Shown: one piece after another, positions 1 to 7,117 of the stretch
Position numbering within the stretch: position 1 is the first letter of the stretch
How the letters are laid out: each line of letters begins with the position of its first letter
Assembly (NCBI GenBank): GCA_016182845.1
Contig: JACPFT010000018.1
Coordinates: 10,617-34,616 of the forward strand
Reading direction: 5' to 3'
Length of the DNA: 24,000 nt
Origin: Gammaproteobacteria bacterium
GTDB taxonomy: Bacteria > Pseudomonadota > Gammaproteobacteria > Enterobacterales > Permianibacteraceae
The notes under the pieces: model-generated
The model's database searches: none
Seen by the model: only the letters and a program-made list of their open reading frames with translations
Told to the model about the DNA's origin: nothing
Made by a program: the position numbers and the translations under genes

Positions 1-24
1 AAGAAAGCCAAAAAGGAGTGTCCC

Positions 25-1578
25 ATGCCCAAGTCACGCCTATCCGTCCTGCAGCACGCCATCCTGTCCTCCCTGTTCTGCCTGCCCATCGCCGTGGCGA
101 ATGCCGCGCCGCCCGACGCCGGGCGCTATATCGTGCATTTCAAGACCGATTTCGCTAGCGGTAAGGCCCTGCTCAAGAGCCAGGGCCTCAAGACCGAGCG
201 GGAGCTGCCGCGCCACAATGCCGTGGCCCTGCACCTCTCCCCCGGCCAGCTCAAGAACCTGTCCGGTCATGCCAAGGTAGCCGGGGTCGAGCCGGATGCG
301 ATCCGCGTCCCCCTGACCCATACCCCGCCGCCGCCCGAGGTCCTGCCCTATGGCATCGCCGCCGTGCAGGCCGATCTGGTCAGCGACGCCGGCAGCGCGA
401 ACCGCATGGTCTGCGTCATCGACACCGGCTACGATCTGGGTCACGAGGATCTGCCGGGCCTGGACAAGGTCAGCGGCAGCGACGACATCGGCGGCGCCGG
501 CCCCTGGGCCCATGACGGCTATGGTCATGGCACTCACGTGGCCGGCACCATCGCCGCCCTGGGCGGCAATGGCAAGGGCGTGATCGGCGTCCTGCCGGGC
601 AACCAGCTGCGCCTGCATATTGTGCGCGTGTTCGGCGACAACGGCGACTGGGCCTATTCCTCCACCCTGGTGGCGGCCCTGGAACGCTGCCAGGACGCGG
701 GCGCCCACGTGGTCAACATGAGCCTGGGCGGCGATAGGCCCACGGCCCTGGAAAACGAGGCCTTCCGCAAGGCCGAGAAGGCCGGGATCGTGAGCGTCGC
801 CGCGGCCGGCAACGACGGCGACGGCGGCTGGGATCGCATGCTCTATCCGGCCTCCTACGAGAGCGTGATCTCGGTGGGCGCCGTGGACGAGAACCTGCAA
901 GTCGCCGCCTTCTCCCAGGAGAACACCCAGGTCGACCTGGCCGCGCCGGGCGTGCGCGTCCTGTCCACGGTCCCGACCGGCAGCGGTCTGGAAGGCTATG
1001 CCCAGAGCGCCAGCACGACCTATGACGGCATCCCCATGGCTGGCTCGCCCCAAGCCACGGTGAACGCCAACCTGGAATTCTGCGGTCTGGGCCGGGAGGC
1101 GGACGCCTGTGCGCCGGCCGGTAAGCACTGCCTGATCCAGCGCGGCGAAATCACCTTCGCCGAGAAGGTGCAGCGCTGCGAGGCGCGGGGCGGCGTGGGC
1201 GCCATCATCTACAACCACAGTCCGGGCGCTCTATCGGGAACCCTGGGCGGCGCGGTCACCCACATCCCCTCCTTGGGCGTGACCATGGCCGACGGCGAGG
1301 CGCTCAAGCTGGAGGCCGGACCCGTGACCCTGAGCGTCGGCCTGTCCGGCTACGACTATGCCTATTTCAACGGCACGTCCATGGCGACACCCCACGTGGC
1401 CGGCGTCGCGGCCCTGGTATGGAGCCATTACCCGCAATGCTCCAACAGCCAGATCCGCGATGCCTTGTTCGCCAGCGCCAAGGATCTGGGCAAGCCCGGC
1501 CCCGACCACACCTACGGCATGGGCCTGGTGCAGGCCAAGGCGGCGGTGGACTGGCTCAGCACCCATCCCTGTCAGTGA
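25..1578 (+). CDS. Secreted subtilisin-like serine protease (peptidase S8) with a PA-domain insert
   Basis: 517-aa ORF with AGGAG 6 nt upstream of the ATG. Signal-peptide-like N-terminus (LFCLPIAVANA). S8 triad motifs are present: VCVIDTGYD (Asp), HGTHVAGTIAA (His), NMSLGG (oxyanion Asn) and GTSMATPHVAGVAAL (Ser). A PA-like insert (CLIQRGEITFAEKV...GGVGAIIYN) lies between the His and Ser blocks. Confidence 0.9.
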   Translation: MPKSRLSVLQHAILSSLFCLPIAVANAAPPDAGRYIVHFKTDFASGKALLKSQGLKTERELPRHNAVALHLSPGQLKNLSGHAKVAGVEPDAIRVPLTHTPPPPEVLPYGIAAVQADLVSDAGSANRMVCVIDTGYDLGHEDLPGLDKVSGSDDIGGAGPWAHDGYGHGTHVAGTIAALGGNGKGVIGVLPGNQLRLHIVRVFGDNGDWAYSSTLVAALERCQDAGAHVVNMSLGGDRPTALENEAFRKAEKAGIVSVAAAGNDGDGGWDRMLYPASYESVISVGAVDENLQVAAFSQENTQVDLAAPGVRVLSTVPTGSGLEGYAQSASTTYDGIPMAGSPQATVNANLEFCGLGREADACAPAGKHCLIQRGEITFAEKVQRCEARGGVGAIIYNHSPGALSGTLGGAVTHIPSLGVTMADGEALKLEAGPVTLSVGLSGYDYAYFNGTSMATPHVAGVAALVWSHYPQCSNSQIRDALFASAKDLGKPGPDHTYGMGLVQAKAAVDWLSTHPCQ

Positions 1579-1593
1579 GCCGCTAGGCGAGAA

Positions 1594-1655
1594 CAAATAA
1601 GCCCGCGCCCGTCGCGTAATGCCGGTCAGTTAAGCCGTTCGTGGTGAGCCTGTCG
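1594..1655 (-). repeat. REP-like extragenic element (left copy), homologous to 8464-8533 in inverted orientation
   Basis: The reverse complement reads cgacaggctcaccacgaacggcttaactgaccggcattacgcgacgggcgcgggcttatttg. Against 8464-8533 it matches 19/22 in block 1 and 19/20 in block 2 (ttaactga[c/t]cggcattacgc), plus cgcgggctt.tttg. Confidence 0.65.
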
Positions 1656-1778
1656 TGTGGGGAGGCGATCATTTCTGGACATCTTCGCAACCATCTAGAC
1701 ACGAACAAAAACAAAACAAAATCAGTCGCTTGGTGTGTTATTTATCCGGAATGTTGCGCTGAGAAAATATGAGAGTTT

Positions 1779-2251
1779 TTGAGCGGGAAATGAGATTTTT
1801 TGCAACTATTCTGGACGGGAATGATAGCGGATTGAGCGGGAAATGTTCAGGCGCGGCGCGGCCTTGGCGGCAATCTGGCCTTCCGAACCGTTTGCTTTAA
1901 GTTGGGAACGAGTAAGCAAAAAAGTTCGGAACTGCATGCGAACTAAGTGCGAACTCACAACGCATTGAAAGATAAGGTAATTGTCCGTGCGGCATCTGCT
2001 AACCGGGCCGCGCAGTTGCCAAAGAGTAAGCAAAGAGTAGCGAACGAAGTGCGAACGGTTTTAGGGCCTGTCGGCGCGTCTAGTCCGGTCTGTCGGCAGG
2101 GTCTGTCTAGGGCTTCCGGGCGACAGTTCCGGCCTCCCCAAGTGTCACCGTGAGGCGGTCCGTGCAGTCCGCATGATGCGAACCGCTAAGCTATTGATAG
2201 TCGCTGAATTTGTCAAAGTGAGGTGGCCGCCGGTCTCTGGCAAGTGTCACC
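1779..2251 (+). repeat. Iteron-like direct-repeat array at the island's left edge
   Basis: All on the + strand. TTGAGCGGGAAATG occurs twice exactly (1779-1792, 1832-1845), with a degenerate GACGGGAATGA at 1814. GAGTAAGCAAA occurs twice (1910, 2024). GCGAAC occurs at 1938, 1949, 2040, 2051 and 2178, with variants CGGAAC at 1927 and CCGAAC at 1883. Tandem members are 11 bp apart. GGTCTGTC occurs twice (about 2088, 2100). CAAGTGTCACC occurs twice (2139, 2241). Confidence 0.6.
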
Positions 2252-3283
2252 TCAACTGTCGCTCCGGCGGCGGGTGGCAAGGCTCTCCGGGAGCGTCAGC
2301 AGGGCGGCCCAGTCCTTCAGGTTCAACAAGAGGTGACCGGCGATCGCTTGGCGTAGTTGCTCGGCGGTGTCGGCGTCGGGTGTGTAGCGGGCCGGGCCGG
2401 TGGCGTCCAGCAGTCGCGACCAGCGCCTATCCTGCGCCCGCTTTTCCCAGCCGCGCCGGGTCTGGGGCGTGTCGGGCCAACCGGCCAGCAGACTAAGCAG
2501 TTCGCCGATGGTCTGACCCTCCGCCAAGTCGAGGGTCTGCGCATAGCGCGCCCTGGCGGCGTCGAAATCGGCCTCCAGCGCCTGGAGAGCCGCCCAGCGA
2601 GCGTCCAGGCGGTCGAGGAACGCGGTCAAGGGGGCTTGCGTCTCCGGCGCTTGCGGCTCCAGGGCGGCCAGTTGGCGGACCTGGGCCGTGGTCAGCAGGT
2701 AGTCGCACAGATGACGGCCTCGCCCGCTGGGGCCGAGCTTCGATTTGGGCAGCAGCAGGAAGCCGCGCCCGTCGCGGCCTGGGATGCGCATGCCCTGGCG
2801 GTTGCGGTAGTCCAGCCAATTGGCGAACCGGCGGCCCGACTGGAACCAGCCGTGCAGGCTGTAGGCGCTTATATAGAAGGACGAGGCGTCGCGCCGCCGG
2901 ACCAAGCGGACCTCTGCCGGGCAGGGCTGGGGAGCCAGGGGCGCGAGGTAGTCCGCCAGGCCGGGGCCTGGAGCGGGGTTGCGTAGCGCCTTGGCCTGCC
3001 GGTCCAGGGTCTTGAGGGCATCGAGGGCGGCGGCGGTGCCCTTGTCCCACAGGAAGCGCCGCGTCCGCGCCAGGGTCCAATGCTCCGGGACCAGTTCCCC
3101 GGTCGGGACGGACTCAAAGAGATTCACCCGCCGATAGCCCTCGCGCCAGCCGATCCGCCAGTTCTCGCCGATGGCGTACAGGACTTCGGCGACGTAGACG
3201 CACGGATAGCGCGTGGTCCCGCTTTCCCGGTACCAGACGCTCAGCCCCTGGGGGTGGGGCAAGTCACGCTCAAGACGCGGCAC
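2252..3283 (-). CDS. Hypothetical protein (343 aa, Trp/Arg-rich, no motif recognised)
   Basis: Long ORF with a GTG start that overlaps the stop of the upstream AntA-domain gene by 14 nt, giving an operon-like arrangement. Third-position GC bias is consistent with coding. No family was recognised by eye. Confidence 0.5.
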   Translation of the reverse strand: MPRLERDLPHPQGLSVWYRESGTTRYPCVYVAEVLYAIGENWRIGWREGYRRVNLFESVPTGELVPEHWTLARTRRFLWDKGTAAALDALKTLDRQAKALRNPAPGPGLADYLAPLAPQPCPAEVRLVRRRDASSFYISAYSLHGWFQSGRRFANWLDYRNRQGMRIPGRDGRGFLLLPKSKLGPSGRGRHLCDYLLTTAQVRQLAALEPQAPETQAPLTAFLDRLDARWAALQALEADFDAARARYAQTLDLAEGQTIGELLSLLAGWPDTPQTRRGWEKRAQDRRWSRLLDATGPARYTPDADTAEQLRQAIAGHLLLNLKDWAALLTLPESLATRRRSDS

Positions 3284-4031
3284 GGCGGCCCCTCCCGATG
3301 GGCTTGCCGCACTTGGTCGGCAGCGGGGCCAGGGGTTCGGCGGGCGCGGGGTCCGGGAGCAGCGTCAATTGCTCCACCGGCTTCGGGCGGATGGGCTCGG
3401 CCTTGCGTTGCTGCTTGTAGGGGCCGGCGATCTTCGGCTCCGCCAGTTGCGCGGCCAGGGCGGCGAACGCGGCGGGCACCAGCTCGCAGGCGGCCAGGTC
3501 GGCCAGGGCCTGGGCGGTGCGCCGGGCGGTCTGGTTGACCAATACGGCGATCTCCAAGGGGTTCAGGCCGAGGCGCTGATAGCGGACGATGTTCTGATAG
3601 AGGCGGTTGGCGGCCAATAGCTCCACCTGGAGGCGGAACACCAGCACGCCGGAGGCGGTGCCGGGCAGGCTGACGGCCTGGGGGCGCTGTTCGTGTAAGC
3701 GCCGCTCGCAGTCGATGAAGTAGCGACGGACTTGCCGCCCGCGCTCCGTGCCTTCGACCATGGCCAGCTCCTTGGCGGCGTCCAGGCTCAGGCGGTATTC
3801 CTGTACGGGCCGGCCTCCTTTGGGGTTTTCAATAGGTTTATCGAAAACCTCGTAGTCCATGCCTTCTGCGAATCCGTAACGGCGGATGCGGGCCTTGATC
3901 CAGTTGCTGAAATCCTGCCGGCTCTCCAATGCCTGATGCAGTTCGCGGGCATCGACGGTGAGCAGTTCGACGCCGCCGATCTGGCCGGGTTGGGCGACGA
4001 CGGCGGGCGCAGCGTGGTTGTGGGAGTCCAT
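3270..4031 (-). CDS. AntA/AntB antirepressor-domain phage protein
   Basis: The N-terminal 110 aa (LLTVDARELHQALESRQDFSNWIKARIRRYGFAEGMDYEVF...YRLSLDAAKELAMVEGTERGRQVRRYFIDCERRL) fits the AntA/AntB antirepressor domain pattern. I chose the ATG at 4031 because GGAGG lies 8 nt upstream. The ORF stays open to 4262 through a Pro-rich stretch, so a longer product is not excluded. Confidence 0.7.
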   Translation of the reverse strand: MDSHNHAAPAVVAQPGQIGGVELLTVDARELHQALESRQDFSNWIKARIRRYGFAEGMDYEVFDKPIENPKGGRPVQEYRLSLDAAKELAMVEGTERGRQVRRYFIDCERRLHEQRPQAVSLPGTASGVLVFRLQVELLAANRLYQNIVRYQRLGLNPLEIAVLVNQTARRTAQALADLAACELVPAAFAALAAQLAEPKIAGPYKQQRKAEPIRPKPVEQLTLLPDPAPAEPLAPLPTKCGKPIGRGRRAAS

Positions 4032-4271
4032 GGGCTGTGCCTCCAGGGCGGTGGTGGGTGGTTTGGGGTCGGTGGGCGGGTTGTCGGGGAGGATGCGGGC
4101 GGGCCTCGCCGCTCGCCGGCCCGCTTTTGGGCGCGGGCCGGAAAGCGGGCAGCGCGGAACAACCGGCGCAGGTCGTTTGGTCGAGGCGGCGGGCGCGTCA
4201 AGGACGGGCGGGACGGGCACTCCGCCGCCCGCCCTGCCGGGACTGACGCAAACGCTCGGCATAGCCGCGCC

Positions 4272-4496
4272 CTAGTGCGCCAGCAACTGGTCCAGCTTGG
4301 TTTCGATGCGCTGCAAGGTGTCCAGCAGCGGGTTGGCGGCCTGGTTCCGGCGTTCCTTGCGGATGATGTCGGAAAGCAGGTTGGTGATGTCGGCAACGTG
4401 CCGCCCGGAGGACGGGGGCGTCAGCTTGGCCGGAAACGGGAAGGGAATGATGACGGCACAGGGCTGGCCGTGCTCGCCTGAGTGAATGCCTGCCAT
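4272..4496 (-). CDS. Small hypothetical protein (74 aa), first gene of the leftward operon
   Basis: ATG preceded by GAGGAG (complement of 4503-4508). GC3-rich codons. No recognisable domain. Confidence 0.55.
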   Translation of the reverse strand: MAGIHSGEHGQPCAVIIPFPFPAKLTPPSSGRHVADITNLLSDIIRKERRNQAANPLLDTLQRIETKLDQLLAH

Positions 4497-4505
4497 GACT
4501 GGCTC

Positions 4506-4697
4506 CTCTGTGTCTTACTAGGACGATGGTGTCGGGAGCTAGTAACCGCACAGAGACGGCCGGCGTATTCCCCTTGCGGGTATTGTATTAGCCGACTCCC
4601 GACATAAATCGCGGACGAGGATAGCCTAACCGCAGGCATAAAAATACCGCAAGCTGTCGGGCGCGGATAGACCGCTCTGTGTGGAGTTACTAGCTCC
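4506..4697. promoter_or_regulatory. Three copies of an operator-like motif CTCTGTG-N(2-5)-TTACTAG
   Basis: Copy 1 at 4506-4521 (ctctgtgtcttactag). Copy 2 at 4539-4555 is inverted (ctagtaaccgcacagag). Copy 3 at 4675-4693 (ctctgtgtggagttactag). Copies 2 and 3 also share the flanking ...TTACTAGCTCC. Copy 1 overlaps the SD of the 74-aa gene. Confidence 0.45.
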
Positions 4698-4704
4698 GTA
4701 TCCT

Positions 4705-5040
4705 GATGTTAATCACGTCCGCGCCATTTAACAAGTCCGTTTAACCATTCTTCCCTCCCGGTTTCGGTTCGCCCGCCTGAGCGGCCCGCCAAGGCGGCTT
4801 AGGTGCCTGGGCGCGGCATGGGTATGTCTCGCGGGGTCTTCCAGGTTTTTAACAGTGGATTAACAGGCTTGCCGCCGCGTTCGCCGGGGCGGCGGGGCGT
4901 TAAAGCGCGCTCGGTTATTTGTCGGGGTGAATTTAACGGCGCGACTGTTCAATGCGGGGCGTTAATTTATCGGCCTTTCCTTATCGGAATAATTCAGGCG
5001 GTTCCGTCGCCTATTAAATCGCACAAATGCGTTTAACAAA
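4705..5040. promoter_or_regulatory. Divergent control region with clustered TTAA(C)-core sites
   Basis: TTTAAC at 4727, 4740, 4848, 4932 and 5032. TTAACAG twice, 11 bp apart (4849, 4860). GTTAAT/GTTAAA at 4708, 4899 and 4961. GCGGGGCGTTAA direct repeat at 4892 and 4954. The region lies between the leftward operon (start 4496) and the rightward mor-like gene (start 5150). Confidence 0.4.
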
Positions 5041-5149
5041 TTACCTGTTCCATCACCGGCGAAAACCCACTGAAGCCCTGCACTGTGCCGCCCGTATCAC
5101 AACCTGTGCATCATGCAAACCTGACAGGCTTCAGTGGAAAAGGTGAAAA

Positions 5150-5605
5150 ATGGCAGCGGATTACAGCATCCTTCCCGAACAGGCACAGGATCTAATTCGG
5201 CTAATAGGCCTGGCTCCGGCCATGGCCTTGGTTCGCGAGCTTGGCGGGACGACGTTTATGGTTCCTAAGGGGAAAACGTCCCAGGGCCAAGCCGCGCTTG
5301 AGCGACTGGCAGAAATCATCGGGGACGATAAAGCCGACATATTGGCGTTCGAGTACGGCTCAACCTCCCTCTACGTTCCGCGTTGCTGGGACGCCTTGAT
5401 GAGGTTCAGAAACATCGAAATCAGCCGGGAATTTGAACGACGCTGTCGCCACGAAGCCGCCAACCATCTTGTTGCCGAGTTGGCAAGGCGTTACCGACTC
5501 AGCGATCGGCGCATTTTTAGCATCCTCAAGCAAACCGACTCGAACTATTCCAGCCCGGTGCTGGGCGCACTGTCAGAGCCCGCATGCAGCGAGGTGGCGG
5601 AATGA
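5150..5605 (+). CDS. Mor-family (phage Mu middle operon regulator-like) transcriptional activator
   Basis: The pattern YGSTSLYVPRC...RNIEISREF...LARRYRLSDRRIFSILKQ parallels Mu Mor GGGQVYIPRG...RDLRIWNDF...LTTRYGVTFNTVYKAI, ending in a C-terminal HTH. An N-terminal repeat of the first block is also present (LGGTTFMVPKG). Confidence 0.7.
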   Translation: MAADYSILPEQAQDLIRLIGLAPAMALVRELGGTTFMVPKGKTSQGQAALERLAEIIGDDKADILAFEYGSTSLYVPRCWDALMRFRNIEISREFERRCRHEAANHLVAELARRYRLSDRRIFSILKQTDSNYSSPVLGALSEPACSEVAE

Positions 5606-6189
5606 GCAACGGCAATCACCGTCTGTTCCAGATTTTCCGCGCCGGCAGGCAAACGGCCATGTCGGGCGCGACACTGGATTTCACCGAGGCGCAGCTTACC
5701 GCCTGCGCCCACGTCTACAACCGCGCCTTGCGTGCCGCGCCGCTGGTCCTGGGACACCCGGAGGACAACCGCCCGGCCTTTGGCGAAGTCCTTGGGCTGT
5801 TTTGCAAGAACGGAGGGCTGTACGCACAAGCCAAGGTCAGCGACGGGCTGGTGCAGGCGGTGCGCGCCGGGCATTACAAGAAGGTTTCCGCGTCGTTCCA
5901 TATGCCGTTCAGCCAGGACAACCCGGTCTCCGGCGCGTTCTATCTGCGTCATGTCGGTTTTCTCGGGGCAATGCCGCCTGCGGTGAAGCGGCTTGAAGCC
6001 CTGGTTTTCGGCGAAGGCGAGGCGCTTGGCTTTTCGGAGGAGGCAAACGAACCGGAGTTTTTCACAACATTACCCGTCGCAGGCGAGCGTCTCGCCCTTC
6101 ATCAAGCCGCGCAGCATTACCGGGCGGTTTGCCCCGCGCTGTCCTACGCCGAGGCGGTTGGCCTCGCCGAATCCATCATCACGTTCTAG
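5602..6189 (+). CDS. Phage capsid scaffold / prohead-protease-like protein (P2 GpO- or Mu gpI-like N-terminal fold)
   Basis: The start ATG overlaps the mor-like stop (ATGA at 5602-5605), with GAGG 7 nt upstream. The layout FQIFRAG...G.TLDFTEAQL...VLGHPEDNRPAFGEV..L....GGLYA...V.D.L..AVR.G.YKKVSASF....G.YLRHVGFLGAMPPA follows that of GpO-type scaffold/protease N-domains. The family assignment is by eye only. Confidence 0.5.
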   Translation: MSNGNHRLFQIFRAGRQTAMSGATLDFTEAQLTACAHVYNRALRAAPLVLGHPEDNRPAFGEVLGLFCKNGGLYAQAKVSDGLVQAVRAGHYKKVSASFHMPFSQDNPVSGAFYLRHVGFLGAMPPAVKRLEALVFGEGEALGFSEEANEPEFFTTLPVAGERLALHQAAQHYRAVCPALSYAEAVGLAESIITF

Positions 6190-6200
6190 AGGAGCACGCC

Positions 6201-6365
6201 ATGCGCTACCGCGTCATTACGCCCATTCTGCATAACACCATCAGCTTGCCAATCGGGGAAATCGTCGAGTTCACCGACCTGGAGGCGGCTCGTCTGATAA
6301 AGGCCAAAGCCAGCCAGCGCGCCGCGCTGCATCAGCAACTCGCCGCGGCGGGCTTGCAAGCCTGA
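6201..6365 (+). CDS. Small phage-associated hypothetical protein (54 aa)
   Basis: AGGAG lies 6 nt upstream of the ATG at 6201, right after the preceding stop at 6187-6189. The ...HN.ISLPIGEIVEFTD.EAARLI... pattern resembles small proteins found in phage head modules. Confidence 0.45.
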   Translation: MRYRVITPILHNTISLPIGEIVEFTDLEAARLIKAKASQRAALHQQLAAAGLQA

Positions 6366-6420
6366 GCGCGCTACCAGCCCCACCCCGATACCCGCTTACC
6401 CCAGCCAACCGAGAAACATC

Positions 6421-6987
6421 ATGGACATTGCCAAGAACCTGAAAGTCGCCCTTTCCACCATCAACGGCACGCTGTCGCAGCTCAAGAACGAGTTGGCCAG
6501 TACCAACAGCCAGATCGGCAGCATCAACGCGCGCATCGCCGAGCTGCAAGCCATGCCCGTCAGCCTCGCGGACTATGGCGCGCTCCTGAAGGGGCGCATC
6601 GAGAGTTACGCCGGGGAGCACGCGGACTACCTGGAATTTGAATGGTTCCGGAATGCCCCGTCGATGGGCTGCACGCCGTTCAACAAGATCCCGTTCAACC
6701 ATCTCGCCCCCAATGGCGAACTTGCGATGTTCCCCCCCGCCCTGTTTGGCCCTAGTGGTCTAACGCCGCGCGCCGCCTGTTTCTTCTTCGGCGACCAGAT
6801 TTATGAAAGCCTCATGAAGCGCGCGCAAGCCAAGTTCGGCAAGCGCTGGGGCAATGAGGAACTGCCGACGGTGGAGGAGCGCCGCAAGACCATCGCGGAA
6901 CTTGAGGCACAGGGCGCGGCCCTGGCACAACGGCGGGCCGAGCTGGAGGCGCAAATCGACGAGATCGCGGGGGCGCTAGCCGGATAA
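6421..6987 (+). CDS. Hypothetical protein with N- and C-terminal coiled-coil-like segments (188 aa)
   Basis: Clean ORF with heptad-like stretches at both ends (LSQLKNELASTNSQIGSINARIAELQ and RRKTIAELEAQGAALAQRRAELEAQIDEI). No family recognised. Confidence 0.55.
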   Translation: MDIAKNLKVALSTINGTLSQLKNELASTNSQIGSINARIAELQAMPVSLADYGALLKGRIESYAGEHADYLEFEWFRNAPSMGCTPFNKIPFNHLAPNGELAMFPPALFGPSGLTPRAACFFFGDQIYESLMKRAQAKFGKRWGNEELPTVEERRKTIAELEAQGAALAQRRAELEAQIDEIAGALAG

Positions 6988-7117
6988 CATCGGCGGCAAT
7001 CCCGAACGCCCCTGTAGGCCGGTCAGCTCGTGGCCGGCTTCCCGTCCCTCTGCCCTCCCGTCCCGGTCAACCCCAGCCGCGCCACACGGGCGCGGCCCTT
7101 ACCACAGGTTCTTGAAC

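Noticed and set aside
40-1218. 392-aa ORF antisense to the subtilisin gene, plus smaller ORFs at 350-583, 654-839, 1020-1208, 1231-1596 and 1358-1600
   Set aside because: These are typical high-GC shadow ORFs. The + strand frame carries unmistakable S8 catalytic motifs, and the antisense products are low-complexity and Ala/Gly/Arg-rich.
2357-4551. Multiple overlapping ORFs in other frames and strands: 2357-2986 +, 2493-3080 -, 3080-3620 +, 3732-4481 +, 3788-4396 -, 4198-4551 -
   Set aside because: The translations are Arg/Pro/Gly-rich and low-complexity, with no SDs. They overlap the better-supported minus-strand operon (AntA domain, coupled starts).
4802-5036. 77-aa ORF (4803-5036, +) inside the divergent control region
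   Set aside because: It has no SD and lies across the TTAAC site cluster, with atypical composition. It is more likely non-coding regulatory DNA.
5150-5605. Reading the mor-like gene as a classical phage repressor (c/CI) for the divergent control region
   Set aside because: The sequence pattern matches the Mor/C activator family (YVPR...REF...C-terminal HTH), not XRE/CI-type repressors. No repressor candidate could be named, so none is annotated.
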